Origin: Actinomycetes bacterium | GTDB taxonomy: Bacteria; Actinomycetota; Acidimicrobiia; Acidimicrobiales; Ilumatobacteraceae | DNA: 64,000 nt | Assembly (NCBI GenBank): GCA_037147055.1 | Contig: JBAWVW010000002.1 | Span: 4,323-68,322, forward strand | Direction: 5' to 3' | Shown here: piece after piece, positions 18,617 through 28,368 of the stretch | Position numbering within the stretch: position 1 is the first letter of the stretch | How the letters are laid out: each line of letters begins with the position of its first letter | Notes under the pieces: generated by a model | The model's database searches: none | Told to the model about the DNA's origin: nothing | What the model saw: only the letters and a program-made list of their open reading frames with translations | Translations under genes and position numbers: made by a program

Positions 18617-20281
18617 ATCAGCACTGGACGACGCAGAGCGAAGTGAAACAAAGCGGCGAGTCAGCGTGCGCCAGTAACTCGCTTCAGGAACTTTCAGCAA
18701 GGCCAGGGCGGCGAAATAGATAACTGCTCCGCTCATAGTTCCAAAAGTGATGCGCAGGAGGGCTCCCAAGCCACTATTGGCGCCCACTGGCTTGATGATG
18801 AACCAGAGTGCAATCCCCATAATTGCCGCTGCCAAGAACATTCGGGATATCGAAATGAGCACGGTAACGACAGGAAAAGTTGGCACCTTGATGTGCAACA
18901 CCCAGAGAGCAATGATGGCTCCAACAAGATACGAGGCAGCGAAGGCAATGCCGAGACCAAGTACGTCATACTTTGAAACAAGAGCAAAAGCCAAAATGAT
19001 GTTGATGATGTTTTGCACGACGTTGATAAAAAATGGCGTGCGCGTATCTTGGTGGGCGTAAAAGCCACGCAGTGCAAATAAATAAATGGAGTATCCGACG
19101 AGACCGAGTGATAACCCAGCGAGAGCGCGAGATGTGAGATCTGCATTTTCCGTTGTGAATTTTCCGTGTTGTAAAAGTGTTCCGATGATGGGTCGAGACA
19201 TGACTAAGAATCCAAACGCTGCTGGCAGGGTCATCAGTCCAACGAGGCGTAGACCGAGCGTTGTGCGTTCAACGAAGGCCTGTTGGTCGCGGCGGGCCAC
19301 GGAGCGTGCCATTTCTGGAATGAATGTGGTAGCGATGCTCATCGCTAAAAGACCATGAGGGAAATAGAAAAAAGTAGTTGCCTTAGTAAACGCGTCTTGT
19401 CCACCGCTGCCGGGTCTGGCAAGATTTTTGACAACGATGATCGTGATTTGATTTGCCAATACATAACCAAAGGTCCACGCTGATAACGAAACAAGACGCT
19501 TCACAGCGGGATGTCGGGGTTGAAAGCGAAAGCGCAGATCTAGTCCGGAGCGACGAATCGCAGGCAGCAAGATGAGAGCCTGGAGAGCGATGCCACCAGT
19601 TGCTCCGACACCTAGCAGCCACTTGAAGGATGGGCTGAGCAAGACCTCTGAGATTGGTATTTCTTGGCCGGGGTGATGCAGCAAAATCGGCACATAGAGC
19701 AATGTACAAATAATCACGACATTGGCCAGGACGGGGGACCACGCGGCTGCAAAGAAGCGCCGTTGAGCGTTGAGTAAAGATCCGAAGACTGCTGACAGAC
19801 CGTAGAAGAAAATCTGCAATAAAAAGATTCGGGTGAGTGCCGTTCCAACGGTGCGGAACTGATTGACGTCAATTCCGTCGGCTGGGTTTAAGGAAAAGAG
19901 TCGAAAAATGAATGGAGCACAAAGAACCGAGACGGCGGTGATGAAGGCCAAGAGGATCATTGCGGTGCTGACAACAGCCCCAGCAGAATCGCGATCATCG
20001 TCTTCAAGCATGCGGCTGAACATGGGGACCAAGGTGGCTGATAAAACGCCCCCAAGCAATAATTCGTAGACCGCGTTCGGGGAGTTGTTGGCCCCGTCGT
20101 AGACATCGGCTAGAGCGGTTTGTCCAATGACAAAACCAAACACGATGACGCGCAACATTCCAGTCAGACGAGAGAGTCCTGTGCCAAGCGCCACAATTGC
20201 ATTGCTGCGCAATAATTGTGAGTCCGCAGTGTTTGCTAATCGTTCGGGTGCGGGCTGCGGATCGGCATTGGCAGAACTCAT
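18596..20281 (-). CDS. murJ: lipid II flippase MurJ (MviN family)
   Basis: 561 aa with about 14 TM helices. N-terminal LRSNAIVALGTGLSRLTGMLR and NAVYELLLGGVLSATLVP are typical of MviN/MurJ. Confidence 0.87.
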   Translation of the reverse strand: MSSANADPQPAPERLANTADSQLLRSNAIVALGTGLSRLTGMLRVIVFGFVIGQTALADVYDGANNSPNAVYELLLGGVLSATLVPMFSRMLEDDDRDSAGAVVSTAMILLAFITAVSVLCAPFIFRLFSLNPADGIDVNQFRTVGTALTRIFLLQIFFYGLSAVFGSLLNAQRRFFAAAWSPVLANVVIICTLLYVPILLHHPGQEIPISEVLLSPSFKWLLGVGATGGIALQALILLPAIRRSGLDLRFRFQPRHPAVKRLVSLSAWTFGYVLANQITIIVVKNLARPGSGGQDAFTKATTFFYFPHGLLAMSIATTFIPEMARSVARRDQQAFVERTTLGLRLVGLMTLPAAFGFLVMSRPIIGTLLQHGKFTTENADLTSRALAGLSLGLVGYSIYLFALRGFYAHQDTRTPFFINVVQNIINIILAFALVSKYDVLGLGIAFAASYLVGAIIALWVLHIKVPTFPVVTVLISISRMFLAAAIMGIALWFIIKPVGANSGLGALLRITFGTMSGAVIYFAALALLKVPEASYWRTLTRRFVSLRSASSSADLTRQDD

Positions 20282-20312
20282 TGATGTACACAGTAGGTCC
20301 TTAATCAGGTCC

Positions 20313-20332
20313 GACCCCTCTATTGAGGGGTC
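20313..20332. promoter_or_regulatory. perfect 8-4-8 palindrome in the murJ/moxR divergent spacer
   Basis: GACCCCTC tatt GAGGGGTC. Followed by the direct repeat GTGAAC (20342..20347) and GTGAAC (20352..20357). The sequence is certain; the function is unknown. Confidence 0.35.
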
Positions 20333-20373
20333 TCAATTCTTGTGAACGGTCGTGAACTTGTAGGATAAATGGT

Positions 20374-21243
20374 ATGGAACACCGTTTTTCGTCAGTCCAA
20401 CAAGTGCGTGATGGCTTGCGCAACGTCAATTATTTGGCGGATGATGGCATCGCAGGAGTCGCATTTTTGGCTGACCGCCTGGCCAAGCCAATTTTGGTTG
20501 AGGGCCCTGCTGGTACGGGTAAGACCCAACTTGCCAAGAGCGTGGCAGACATGTTGGGGGCTCGACTCATTCGTCTGCAGTGTTACGAAGGTCTTGATGA
20601 ATCAAAGGCCTTATATGAATGGAACTACAAGAAGCAGTTGTTGCGCATTCAGGCCGACCGCAACAGTGATTCGTGGAACGAAGTCCATGACGATATTTTC
20701 AGCAAAGAGTTCTTGTTGACCAGACCCCTTTTAGAGGCCATTAGCGCTCCAGACCCAGTCGTCTTGCTGATTGACGAAGTTGACCGTGTGGAAGTTGAAA
20801 CGGAAGCTCTATTGCTAGAAATTCTCTCGGAGTATCAAGTTTCGATTCCTGAACTGGGAACGATTACGGCCACTCAGATTCCGATGGTTTTTCTCACATC
20901 AAACAACACTCGCGAACTATCAGAGGCTCTCAAGCGTCGTTGCTTGTACTTGCATGTTGATTACCCATCGCTCGAGCGCGAGAAGGAAATCGTATTGGCG
21001 AAAGTACCCGATATCACCGAGCACTTAGCTGATCAAGTGGCTCGTATCGTTCGCAGTATTCGCCTGCTGGATCTCAAAAAGTCGCCAAGTGTCAGCGAAA
21101 CTTTGGACTGGGCGCGCACCATGATGCTGCTCAATATTGACTCAATTGATGCTCAGACCGCAAAAGAGACATTGCATGTTCTGTTGAAGTATCAGTCTGA
21201 TATCGCCAAGGCCTCTAAGGAACTCTCGGTCGACCTGGTATAA
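20374..21243 (+). CDS. MoxR-class AAA+ ATPase (CoxD-like)
   Basis: Single AAA module. Walker A GPAGTGKT, Walker B LLIDEVDR. 289 aa. Followed by a VWA partner. Confidence 0.9.
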   Translation: MEHRFSSVQQVRDGLRNVNYLADDGIAGVAFLADRLAKPILVEGPAGTGKTQLAKSVADMLGARLIRLQCYEGLDESKALYEWNYKKQLLRIQADRNSDSWNEVHDDIFSKEFLLTRPLLEAISAPDPVVLLIDEVDRVEVETEALLLEILSEYQVSIPELGTITATQIPMVFLTSNNTRELSEALKRRCLYLHVDYPSLEREKEIVLAKVPDITEHLADQVARIVRSIRLLDLKKSPSVSETLDWARTMMLLNIDSIDAQTAKETLHVLLKYQSDIAKASKELSVDLV

Positions 21244-21266
21244 CCAGGAAAACTGGAGTCCATAAC

Positions 21267-22703
21267 GTGCTCGACTTACTCTCTGGTTTTGTCCAGGAAC
21301 TCCGCAATGCAGGTCTTCCGGTCTCGCTGACGGAGAACCTTGATGCCATGGAGGCGGTACGGCATATTCCTCTTGAGGACCGCGATGCTTTCAAGTACGC
21401 GCTGGGTGCGACGATGGTCAAAAACAGTGCTCATTGGCGATCATTTGAAACTGTCTTCGAGGTCTACTTCTCGTTGCGTGGGCCCGAGTACAAAATAGTT
21501 GAGGGCACAGAAGACGAACTCGAGCAGATGTGGCGCGAGATGCAAGAGCAAATGCAACAAGGCGAAGGTAAGGGTTCATCTGGCGGGATGGACAGTCTGA
21601 CTCCTGAGGAAATAGCGCAGATGTTGATGAAAGCGTTGATGAATGGCGATCAAGCCATGATGCGCGCCTTAGCCAAACAATCTGTTCAGCGCTTTGCCGG
21701 GATGGAGCCGGGTCGTCCAGTCGGGGGTACGTATTACTTGTACCGAACGCTGAGAAATCTTGATTTAGACAACATGCTGCAAAAACTCATGGAGGCCAGT
21801 AAGCAAGAAACTGGTAGTGATCTGACGGCTCTTGAGGAACGTCTTGAAAAAGATGAATATGAAAGTCGAATCGATTCCTTCAAAAAAGAGATTGAAGCTG
21901 AGATTCGCCGACGCCTTGTGGCTGACCGTGGTGCTGAAGCTATGGCGAAAACATTGCGCAAGCCATTGCCAGAAGATGTTGAGTTCATGCATGCCAGCCG
22001 CGACGAAATGCAGTTGCTGAAAAAGTCGCTGTACCCTCTGACCCGCAAATTAGCGGCACGCTTGGCGCGTAAGCGCCGACATGGACGCAAGGGACCCTTA
22101 GATTTTCGTAATACTGTGCGCCATTCGTTGTCCTATGGTGGCATTCCTGCCGAGCCAAAGTTCAAGCAACCACGACCATCCAAGCCAGAACTGATGGTTG
22201 TGGCTGATATCTCGGGCAGTGTTGCAGCGTTTGCTCGTTTTACATTGATGTTGGTGTACGCCATGCAGAATCAGTTTTCTAAAGTTCGTTCCTTCGTGTT
22301 CATCGATGGGATTGATGAAGTCACGGAGTACTTTAAGGGCACCGAAGATATCGGCGAGGCGATTCATCGCGTCAACACCGAAGCCGATGTGGTGTGGGTT
22401 GACGGTCATAGTGATTACGGCCACGCGTTTGAAGTTTTCTGGGATCGTTATGGGAAAAGTATTGGTCCAAAAACAACGGTGCTTTTCTTGGGTGATGCAC
22501 GCAATAACTACCACGCTTCGCAAGCATGGGTAGTTCAAGAAGTGCGCAAGAAAGCGCGTCAGGTGTATTGGTTGAATCCGGAACCCAAGTCATATTGGAA
22601 CACCGGAGACTCCATCGTGGGAGAGTACGCAGGTCATACTGATGGAGCCTACGAATGTCGCAATCTGCGACAACTTGAAGCGTTCGTCGAGAAATTAGCC
22701 TGA
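21267..22703 (+). CDS. VWA-domain protein, CoxE-like
   Basis: GTG start. N-terminus LLSGFVQELRNAGLPVSLTE resembles the CoxE family. C-terminal MIDAS motif VVADISGSV. Charged central linker. Confidence 0.85.
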   Translation: MLDLLSGFVQELRNAGLPVSLTENLDAMEAVRHIPLEDRDAFKYALGATMVKNSAHWRSFETVFEVYFSLRGPEYKIVEGTEDELEQMWREMQEQMQQGEGKGSSGGMDSLTPEEIAQMLMKALMNGDQAMMRALAKQSVQRFAGMEPGRPVGGTYYLYRTLRNLDLDNMLQKLMEASKQETGSDLTALEERLEKDEYESRIDSFKKEIEAEIRRRLVADRGAEAMAKTLRKPLPEDVEFMHASRDEMQLLKKSLYPLTRKLAARLARKRRHGRKGPLDFRNTVRHSLSYGGIPAEPKFKQPRPSKPELMVVADISGSVAAFARFTLMLVYAMQNQFSKVRSFVFIDGIDEVTEYFKGTEDIGEAIHRVNTEADVVWVDGHSDYGHAFEVFWDRYGKSIGPKTTVLFLGDARNNYHASQAWVVQEVRKKARQVYWLNPEPKSYWNTGDSIVGEYAGHTDGAYECRNLRQLEAFVEKLA

Positions 22704-22709
22704 GCGACC

Positions 22710-23378
22710 ATGGCGCGCTTAATTTTTGTCCGCCACGGTGAATCGCAAGTGTCAGTGAATCGTGTGATCGGTGGGCCACGTTCATGTATCGGACTTTCAG
22801 ATCTCGGTCGTCAACAATCTCAACGCTTATTTGAGCGATGGAGTGGTGTCGAGAACTTTCGTCCCGACATGGTGATTTCCAGTGCCTATCCGCGCGCAAG
22901 AGAGACCGCTGCAATCGTCGCTCCAGTTTTCGATGGCGAACCTGTTGAAGTCATCAGCGAATTTGGTGAACATGATCCAGGTCCACAATGTGATGGACTC
23001 TTGTACACGGACTTTACGGCCCGGTTCGGAGATCCCGATTGGGAGAACGATCCATTTGGAATGACATTTCCAGGTGGGGAAACGATTGCCGAATTTCAAT
23101 TTCGTATCGGCACTGCTGTTCGCTCGCTAGTGGATCGCTTAGGCGACGGTACCGCAGTGATCTTTTGCCATGGCGGGGTTGTTGACACGGCCTTGCGCCA
23201 GTCAATGCGCGCTGCGGATACTGGAGTATTCGAGATTTATACGGTCAATACCTCAATCACAGAATTGTTGTTGGTGAAGCCAGGGCGTTGGCGGGTGATT
23301 CGTTACAACGATTCTGCCCACCTAGTCGGCTTGCCAGCGTCCACGCATCACGGCTTGAGTTCGGACGAGTCACAGTAA
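22710..23378 (+). CDS. histidine phosphatase family protein
   Basis: FVRHGES catalytic motif at the N-terminus. 222 aa. Confidence 0.85.
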   Translation: MARLIFVRHGESQVSVNRVIGGPRSCIGLSDLGRQQSQRLFERWSGVENFRPDMVISSAYPRARETAAIVAPVFDGEPVEVISEFGEHDPGPQCDGLLYTDFTARFGDPDWENDPFGMTFPGGETIAEFQFRIGTAVRSLVDRLGDGTAVIFCHGGVVDTALRQSMRAADTGVFEIYTVNTSITELLLVKPGRWRVIRYNDSAHLVGLPASTHHGLSSDESQ

Positions 23379-23381
23379 CCC

Positions 23382-24815
23382 ATGGATTCATCGCAGCGTC
23401 CCGATGTCATTGTGGTTGGCGCAGGTTCGGCTGGATGTGTCCTTGCCGATCGCCTCTCGCAGACTGGACGCTCGGTACTTGTGATCGAGGCGGGATCTGA
23501 TCTGCGGCTTGGCTCCGCTCCAAGTGGCATTTCTGGCCCATCTTTTTTTGCCGCCTTAGGTGAACCTGGTCGCGCCTGGCCGCTTCTTGAGGCACAGCGG
23601 GTGACGGGCCAAGTACGTCGCCCCTATGCCCGAGGGAGGGGCATTGGAGGTTCATCAGCGGTCAACGCGATGATTGGTCTGTGGGGCGAAGTTGAAGACT
23701 ATGACGCGTGGGAACGTGACTTTGGTTGTCAGGGATGGTCGTGGCGCGATGTTGAACCATATTTTCGGCGCATCGAAATTCCCCTAACCAAAGCTGATCC
23801 AGGAAGCACCTCGCGGGTTGGAGCGGCGCTGTTTGAAACATGTCGCCTCGAAGGTTGGACGTGGCATCGTGGCCCGTTTCCACTGGGTGGCATTGGTCGT
23901 GATGTGGGTCCAGTGATGTTGACTCGCTCAGCGGATGGACAGCGAGTGACAGCCTCAGATATCTATCTTGAACGTGCCCGTGAACGTAGTCATGTACGTA
24001 TTCTTTGCGACACCTTGGTTGATCGTGTGGCGATGCAAGGCACACATGCGGTTGGCGTCATCTTGGCTGACGGGACTTTGATTGAGTCGAAAGAGACAGT
24101 GATTTGTGCGGGCGCGATTCATAGTCCTGCCATCTTGTTACGCAGCAAGATTGAACGTCCTTCGATTGGCCAGGGACTGCAAGATCATGCCTCGGCACCG
24201 TTGACTTTGGCATTACGCGAATCATGCCCCACGGATTCGGTTGCGGCCACCACTGTGGCTCGATTGAGTTCTGGATTTGAACCTGCGGATCTACAGATTC
24301 TCGCACTTGACCATTTCGGTGAGGGCGCCAATGGATTTGGCCAGTTGGCTGTGGCCTTGATGTATCCCCGCTCTCGCGGTCAGGTGACATTGTCATCGCA
24401 GGACCCAACAATTGATCCGGTCGTTGATTTTCAGATGTTGTCAGATGAACAGGATATTGAAGCCTTGAAAGTTGGTGTCAATGTGGCGCGTCAACTTCTT
24501 GCATCATCGGCACTCAAAGATATTGCCACTGGAGTGTTCATTGATGATGTCGGCACACCCGTCGAAGCACTTGATCAATCGCCCGATGCGATCGGTGGAT
24601 GGTTGCGGGCCTCCACGGGGGACTACGTCCATGCCGCTGGAACCTGTGCCATGGGAGATCCTGACTCGGAGTTATCTGTGGTGGATTGCTTTGGTCGAGT
24701 CATCGGGGTCACTGGCTTGCGCGTATGTGATGCTTCAATTTTTCCGCAAGTACCTCGCGCCAATACGCATTTCCCGGCGATGATGGTCGCTGAGGTGATG
24801 GCTGACCGCTGGTAA
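23382..24815 (+). CDS. GMC-family FAD-dependent oxidoreductase
   Basis: DVIVVGAGSAGCVLADRL dinucleotide fold. GGSSAVNAM motif. C-terminal HAAGTCAMG motif. Confidence 0.88.
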   Translation: MDSSQRPDVIVVGAGSAGCVLADRLSQTGRSVLVIEAGSDLRLGSAPSGISGPSFFAALGEPGRAWPLLEAQRVTGQVRRPYARGRGIGGSSAVNAMIGLWGEVEDYDAWERDFGCQGWSWRDVEPYFRRIEIPLTKADPGSTSRVGAALFETCRLEGWTWHRGPFPLGGIGRDVGPVMLTRSADGQRVTASDIYLERARERSHVRILCDTLVDRVAMQGTHAVGVILADGTLIESKETVICAGAIHSPAILLRSKIERPSIGQGLQDHASAPLTLALRESCPTDSVAATTVARLSSGFEPADLQILALDHFGEGANGFGQLAVALMYPRSRGQVTLSSQDPTIDPVVDFQMLSDEQDIEALKVGVNVARQLLASSALKDIATGVFIDDVGTPVEALDQSPDAIGGWLRASTGDYVHAAGTCAMGDPDSELSVVDCFGRVIGVTGLRVCDASIFPQVPRANTHFPAMMVAEVMADRW

Positions 24816-24861
24816 GACCCCCCCTCCTTACTCTGCCATACCCCTTTGGCACAGTCTGATT

Positions 24862-25122
24862 ATGAGCGATCCGAACCCCCATTCACGAAAAATCTCTATT
24901 CCCGTGCAATCCACATTGATTGACTGCGGAACCTGTGTGATGCATGAGACCACTGTCTGTGCCGACTGCGTGGTGACCTTTTTATACCGTGACGACGAGC
25001 CAGATACTGGCTCAGGTAGCCAAACTGGGGCCATTGTGTTCGATTTCGCAGAGATTAGAGCGATGCGTGCCCTCGCAGAGGCCGGTTTAGTGCCTACGCT
25101 TCGTCATCGTGAGTCGGGTTAA
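24862..25122 (+). CDS. small Cys4 protein, function unknown
   Basis: 86 aa with C22-x2-C25-x7-C33-x2-C36. Same strand as its neighbours; its 3' end overlaps the queG start by 14 nt. Confidence 0.5.
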   Translation: MSDPNPHSRKISIPVQSTLIDCGTCVMHETTVCADCVVTFLYRDDEPDTGSGSQTGAIVFDFAEIRAMRALAEAGLVPTLRHRESG

Positions 25123-26290
25123 ACGAAATCAGATCATTGTTGATTCAACAGACCCTGCGTATCTCGAGTCATTACTCCAGCTAGCCACATCAGCGGGTCT
25201 AGATCGCGTTGGTGTGTGTGATGCCTCGATTTTAGATCGAGCCCGTTTGGCAATTGACGATCGTAATGAACGCGGTCTGAGCGACACGATGAGTTTTACT
25301 TTTCGTCGTCCAAGTCGATCAACTGATCCCAGCCAATCCGTTTTGGGGGCACGTTCAATCATCGTCGGAGCGCGGAGTTATTACAGCGAACAACCCGATC
25401 ATCCAGGCGGACTTGTGGGGCGCGTTGCTCGTTACGCTCAGGTTGATCACTACACGCCGCTACGTCAGTCTCTGCAACAGGTGGCTGTTCGTTTGCGCGC
25501 TGATGGATTTCGCGCTGTCGTGTTCGCTGATGAAAATGCGATTGTTGATCGCGAGGTTGCTTATCGTGCCGGTGTGGGTTGGTTTGGCAAGAATGCCAAT
25601 TTGCTCTTGCCGGGCGCTGGAAGTTTTTTCAGTCTCGGGTCAATAGTGACTAATGCAGTTTTGAGTCCAGCAAAGCAACCCGCTCCCGACGGATGTGGTA
25701 CTTGCCGCTCATGTTTTGATGATTGTCCGACGCAAGCCATCGTGGCCGAAGGAGTTATTGACGCACGTCGCTGTTTGGCTTGGTTGGTGCAAAAGCCGGG
25801 CGTATTCCCACGTGCGTTCCGAGTTGCTTTGCACGACCGCCTCTATGGTTGCGATGACTGTCAGACCAGTTGTCCGCCCACTGTGCGACTCGGTCGCCGA
25901 CACACCGCATCAACGCCAGCAGCGATCGGTCCAGGGGCTTTTGTCGATGTGCTGGGAATCTTGGATTCCACTGATCAAGAGTTACTGGAGCGATTCGGTA
26001 ATTGGTACTTGGCTGAGCGAAATCCAAAATGGTTGAGACGCAACGCCCTGATTATTTTGGGAAATATCGCGCCTATTCCGAAGGTCAATGTTCCCAGCGA
26101 TTCAGTTGAGCAGGTGTTGCGCAAGTATCTTGGAGACATTGATCCATTACTTCGTGCTCATGCCCTGTGGGCGGCAATTCGCCTTGGTCGCAATGACCTC
26201 GCAGATCTCCTCGCGGAGGATTTTGATGATCTCGTGCAGGACGAACTGAACAATCAATCATCGGTACCTATTCGAACGGGAACGCCATGA
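25109..26290 (+). CDS. queG: epoxyqueuosine reductase
   Basis: Two ferredoxin-type clusters, CGTCRSCFDDCP and CDDCQTSCP. HEAT-like C-terminus. Confidence 0.85.
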   Translation: MSRVKRNQIIVDSTDPAYLESLLQLATSAGLDRVGVCDASILDRARLAIDDRNERGLSDTMSFTFRRPSRSTDPSQSVLGARSIIVGARSYYSEQPDHPGGLVGRVARYAQVDHYTPLRQSLQQVAVRLRADGFRAVVFADENAIVDREVAYRAGVGWFGKNANLLLPGAGSFFSLGSIVTNAVLSPAKQPAPDGCGTCRSCFDDCPTQAIVAEGVIDARRCLAWLVQKPGVFPRAFRVALHDRLYGCDDCQTSCPPTVRLGRRHTASTPAAIGPGAFVDVLGILDSTDQELLERFGNWYLAERNPKWLRRNALIILGNIAPIPKVNVPSDSVEQVLRKYLGDIDPLLRAHALWAAIRLGRNDLADLLAEDFDDLVQDELNNQSSVPIRTGTP

Positions 26291-27408
26291 AGCATCTCCT
26301 GGTGACGAATGACTTTCCCCCAAAGATCGGCGGGATTCAGTCCTTGCTGTGGGAATGGTGGCGTCGCCTTCCGGCAGATTCTTTCGCCGTTCTCACTAGT
26401 CCCTATAAAGGATCAGAGGAATTTGACGCATCTCAACCATTTCATATTGAGCGCACTCGGGAACCGGTTTTGTTACCGCATCCGTGGATGGTCAGGCGTG
26501 TCAACGAAATGGCGAAGCGAGTTGGAGCAGACCTAGTGGTGCTTGATCCTGCTGTTCCTCTCGGCATCATCGGACCGCGTTTGGCTTTGCCTTATGACGT
26601 GGTGTTACATGGTGCCGAAGTGACAGTGCCCGGCCGGATACCTGGGTCAAAACAAGTTCTTTCTCATGTCCTTCATGGAGCGCGTCATGTCGTGGCCGCG
26701 GGGCAATACCCCGCAGCCGAAGCACAGCGTGCGGCTGGTCGGGCCTTGCCGATGACCGTTGTGCCTCCTGGGGTGGATATCCACCGTTTCGCTCCGTTGA
26801 GCAGTGAACAGCGATCAGTGGCTCGTCAAGATTTTGGTTTCAATGACGAAACTGAACTTGTGATTGGCATAAGCCGTTTGGTACCGCGCAAAGGATTTGA
26901 TACCGCGATTCGTGCTGTAGCACGACTGAAAAAATCGCGTCCGCATCTTGTCTTAGCCATTGCTGGTTCGGGTCGAGATCGCCAACGTCTGGAAAAACTT
27001 GCACGTGAACTAGATGCACCAGTGAAGTTTTTAGGTCGAGTTGCTCACGAAGATCTGCCTCGTTTGTACGGCTGTGCTGATGTGTACACAATGTTGTGTC
27101 GTAATCGTTGGGGAGGGCTTGAACAAGAAGGTTTCGGCATCGTCTTCGTCGAAGCAGCAGCCTGTGGTATTCCGCAGATCGCTGGTTTAAGTGGTGGCGC
27201 TGCCGATGCTGTGGCGCATGAAGAAACTGGTTATGTGGTCAATGATTCCACTGACGTCAATGCGGTGGCGCAACATATCGCCGACCTTTTGGACGATCCC
27301 GAACTTCGACAGCGGATGGGCTTGGCCTCGCGCCAGAGAGCGATCACCGAGTTTTCTTATGAGATGCTCGCCGAGCGCCTCGGCAATGTTTTTGGAGTGT
27401 GGTCATGA
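26287..27408 (+). CDS. GT4-family glycosyltransferase (PimB/mannosyltransferase-like)
   Basis: EX7E region EQEGFGIVFVEAAACGIP. GT-B fold length of 373 aa. ATGA overlap with queG. Confidence 0.87.
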   Translation: MKHLLVTNDFPPKIGGIQSLLWEWWRRLPADSFAVLTSPYKGSEEFDASQPFHIERTREPVLLPHPWMVRRVNEMAKRVGADLVVLDPAVPLGIIGPRLALPYDVVLHGAEVTVPGRIPGSKQVLSHVLHGARHVVAAGQYPAAEAQRAAGRALPMTVVPPGVDIHRFAPLSSEQRSVARQDFGFNDETELVIGISRLVPRKGFDTAIRAVARLKKSRPHLVLAIAGSGRDRQRLEKLARELDAPVKFLGRVAHEDLPRLYGCADVYTMLCRNRWGGLEQEGFGIVFVEAAACGIPQIAGLSGGAADAVAHEETGYVVNDSTDVNAVAQHIADLLDDPELRQRMGLASRQRAITEFSYEMLAERLGNVFGVWS

Positions 27409-27914
27409 ACGGTACAAGAATCATCCGCCTGAATATTTTGGCAACTGTCATTTTTTCGGTATCAGCTGTTTGGGCGGCGACAGTTTTTGATGGCCTCGCC
27501 AAGTCGCAAGGAGTGGTCGTGGCGCTCTTGCTTTTTGCTATGGGGACCGGGGCTTTTTTGTGGGGTTATTGGACCGCCGTTCAGCGCAGTCGGCAAGAGG
27601 AGATTTCTGTCGCCGAACTCTATTTCCTCATGGGTCCGGTGATTCCTCGACGCGTCAAGGTCGTGATGCATTCTTGTTTAGCAACTCAGAGTCTGGTGGC
27701 ACTGGCGACGGCCCTGTCGCGTCCGAACAGTCCGAGTGGAGATGGCTTGACAAGTAGGCCGGGATCGACTTTAGCCTTTGGGGTGTTGGTGCCCGTCTTG
27801 GGTCTAGGACTTAACGGTTTGTGGGCGGCGAGCCACGGAAAATTTGCTCCCCGACGACTAAAGAATGGAACTGAGGTCGCTGTTTGCCCTCCTGACACGG
27901 ATCCGATCGGCTAG
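27405..27914 (+). CDS. hypothetical membrane protein (4 predicted TM)
   Basis: ATG 27405 overlaps the GT4 stop (GTG 27399 is the alternative). Hydrophobic helices. No known motif. Confidence 0.6.
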   Translation: MNGTRIIRLNILATVIFSVSAVWAATVFDGLAKSQGVVVALLLFAMGTGAFLWGYWTAVQRSRQEEISVAELYFLMGPVIPRRVKVVMHSCLATQSLVALATALSRPNSPSGDGLTSRPGSTLAFGVLVPVLGLGLNGLWAASHGKFAPRRLKNGTEVAVCPPDTDPIG

Positions 27915-27923
27915 AACTTAGTT

Positions 27924-28364
27924 ATGGCCGACACGGCGTCTTTGACGATCACTATCAATGCCCCTCATGACAAATGTTGGGATATCGCAACAACCTTTGA
28001 GCAATACCCCGACTGGGCTCACGATATTAAATCGGCAGTTGTACTTGCCCGCGATGATCAAGGTCGAGCGACTCAGGTTGAGTTTCGTACCTCGGCTCTT
28101 GGTCGCAGTACCCACTACACCTTGTCCTATGACTACAGCGCCGCCCCTGCGCGCTTGGCATGGCATATGGTTTCGGGTGACATTATGCGCGCCGTTGATG
28201 GGGCATTTATGTTTTCTCCCGACTCCAGCGGAGGAGTGGTTTTGACTTACAACTTGTCTATTGAACTTGTTGTCCCGCTGCCAGGCTTCGTGAAGCGACG
28301 CGCTGAAGTGCGTATCTTGAATACCGTCAAGCAATTGAAGGTTCAAGCTGAATCTCAGGGGTGA
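27924..28364 (+). CDS. SRPBCC (cyclase/dehydrase-like) family protein
   Basis: 146 aa. The pattern ITINAPHDKCWDIATTFEQYPDWAH is typical of polyketide_cyc2/SRPBCC folds. Confidence 0.8.
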   Translation: MADTASLTITINAPHDKCWDIATTFEQYPDWAHDIKSAVVLARDDQGRATQVEFRTSALGRSTHYTLSYDYSAAPARLAWHMVSGDIMRAVDGAFMFSPDSSGGVVLTYNLSIELVVPLPGFVKRRAEVRILNTVKQLKVQAESQG

Positions 28365-28368
28365 ACCC

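Noticed and set aside
22372-22914. 180-aa minus-strand ORF spanning the VWA/phosphatase junction
   Set aside because: It crosses a gene boundary of two well-supported plus-strand genes and has no motifs.
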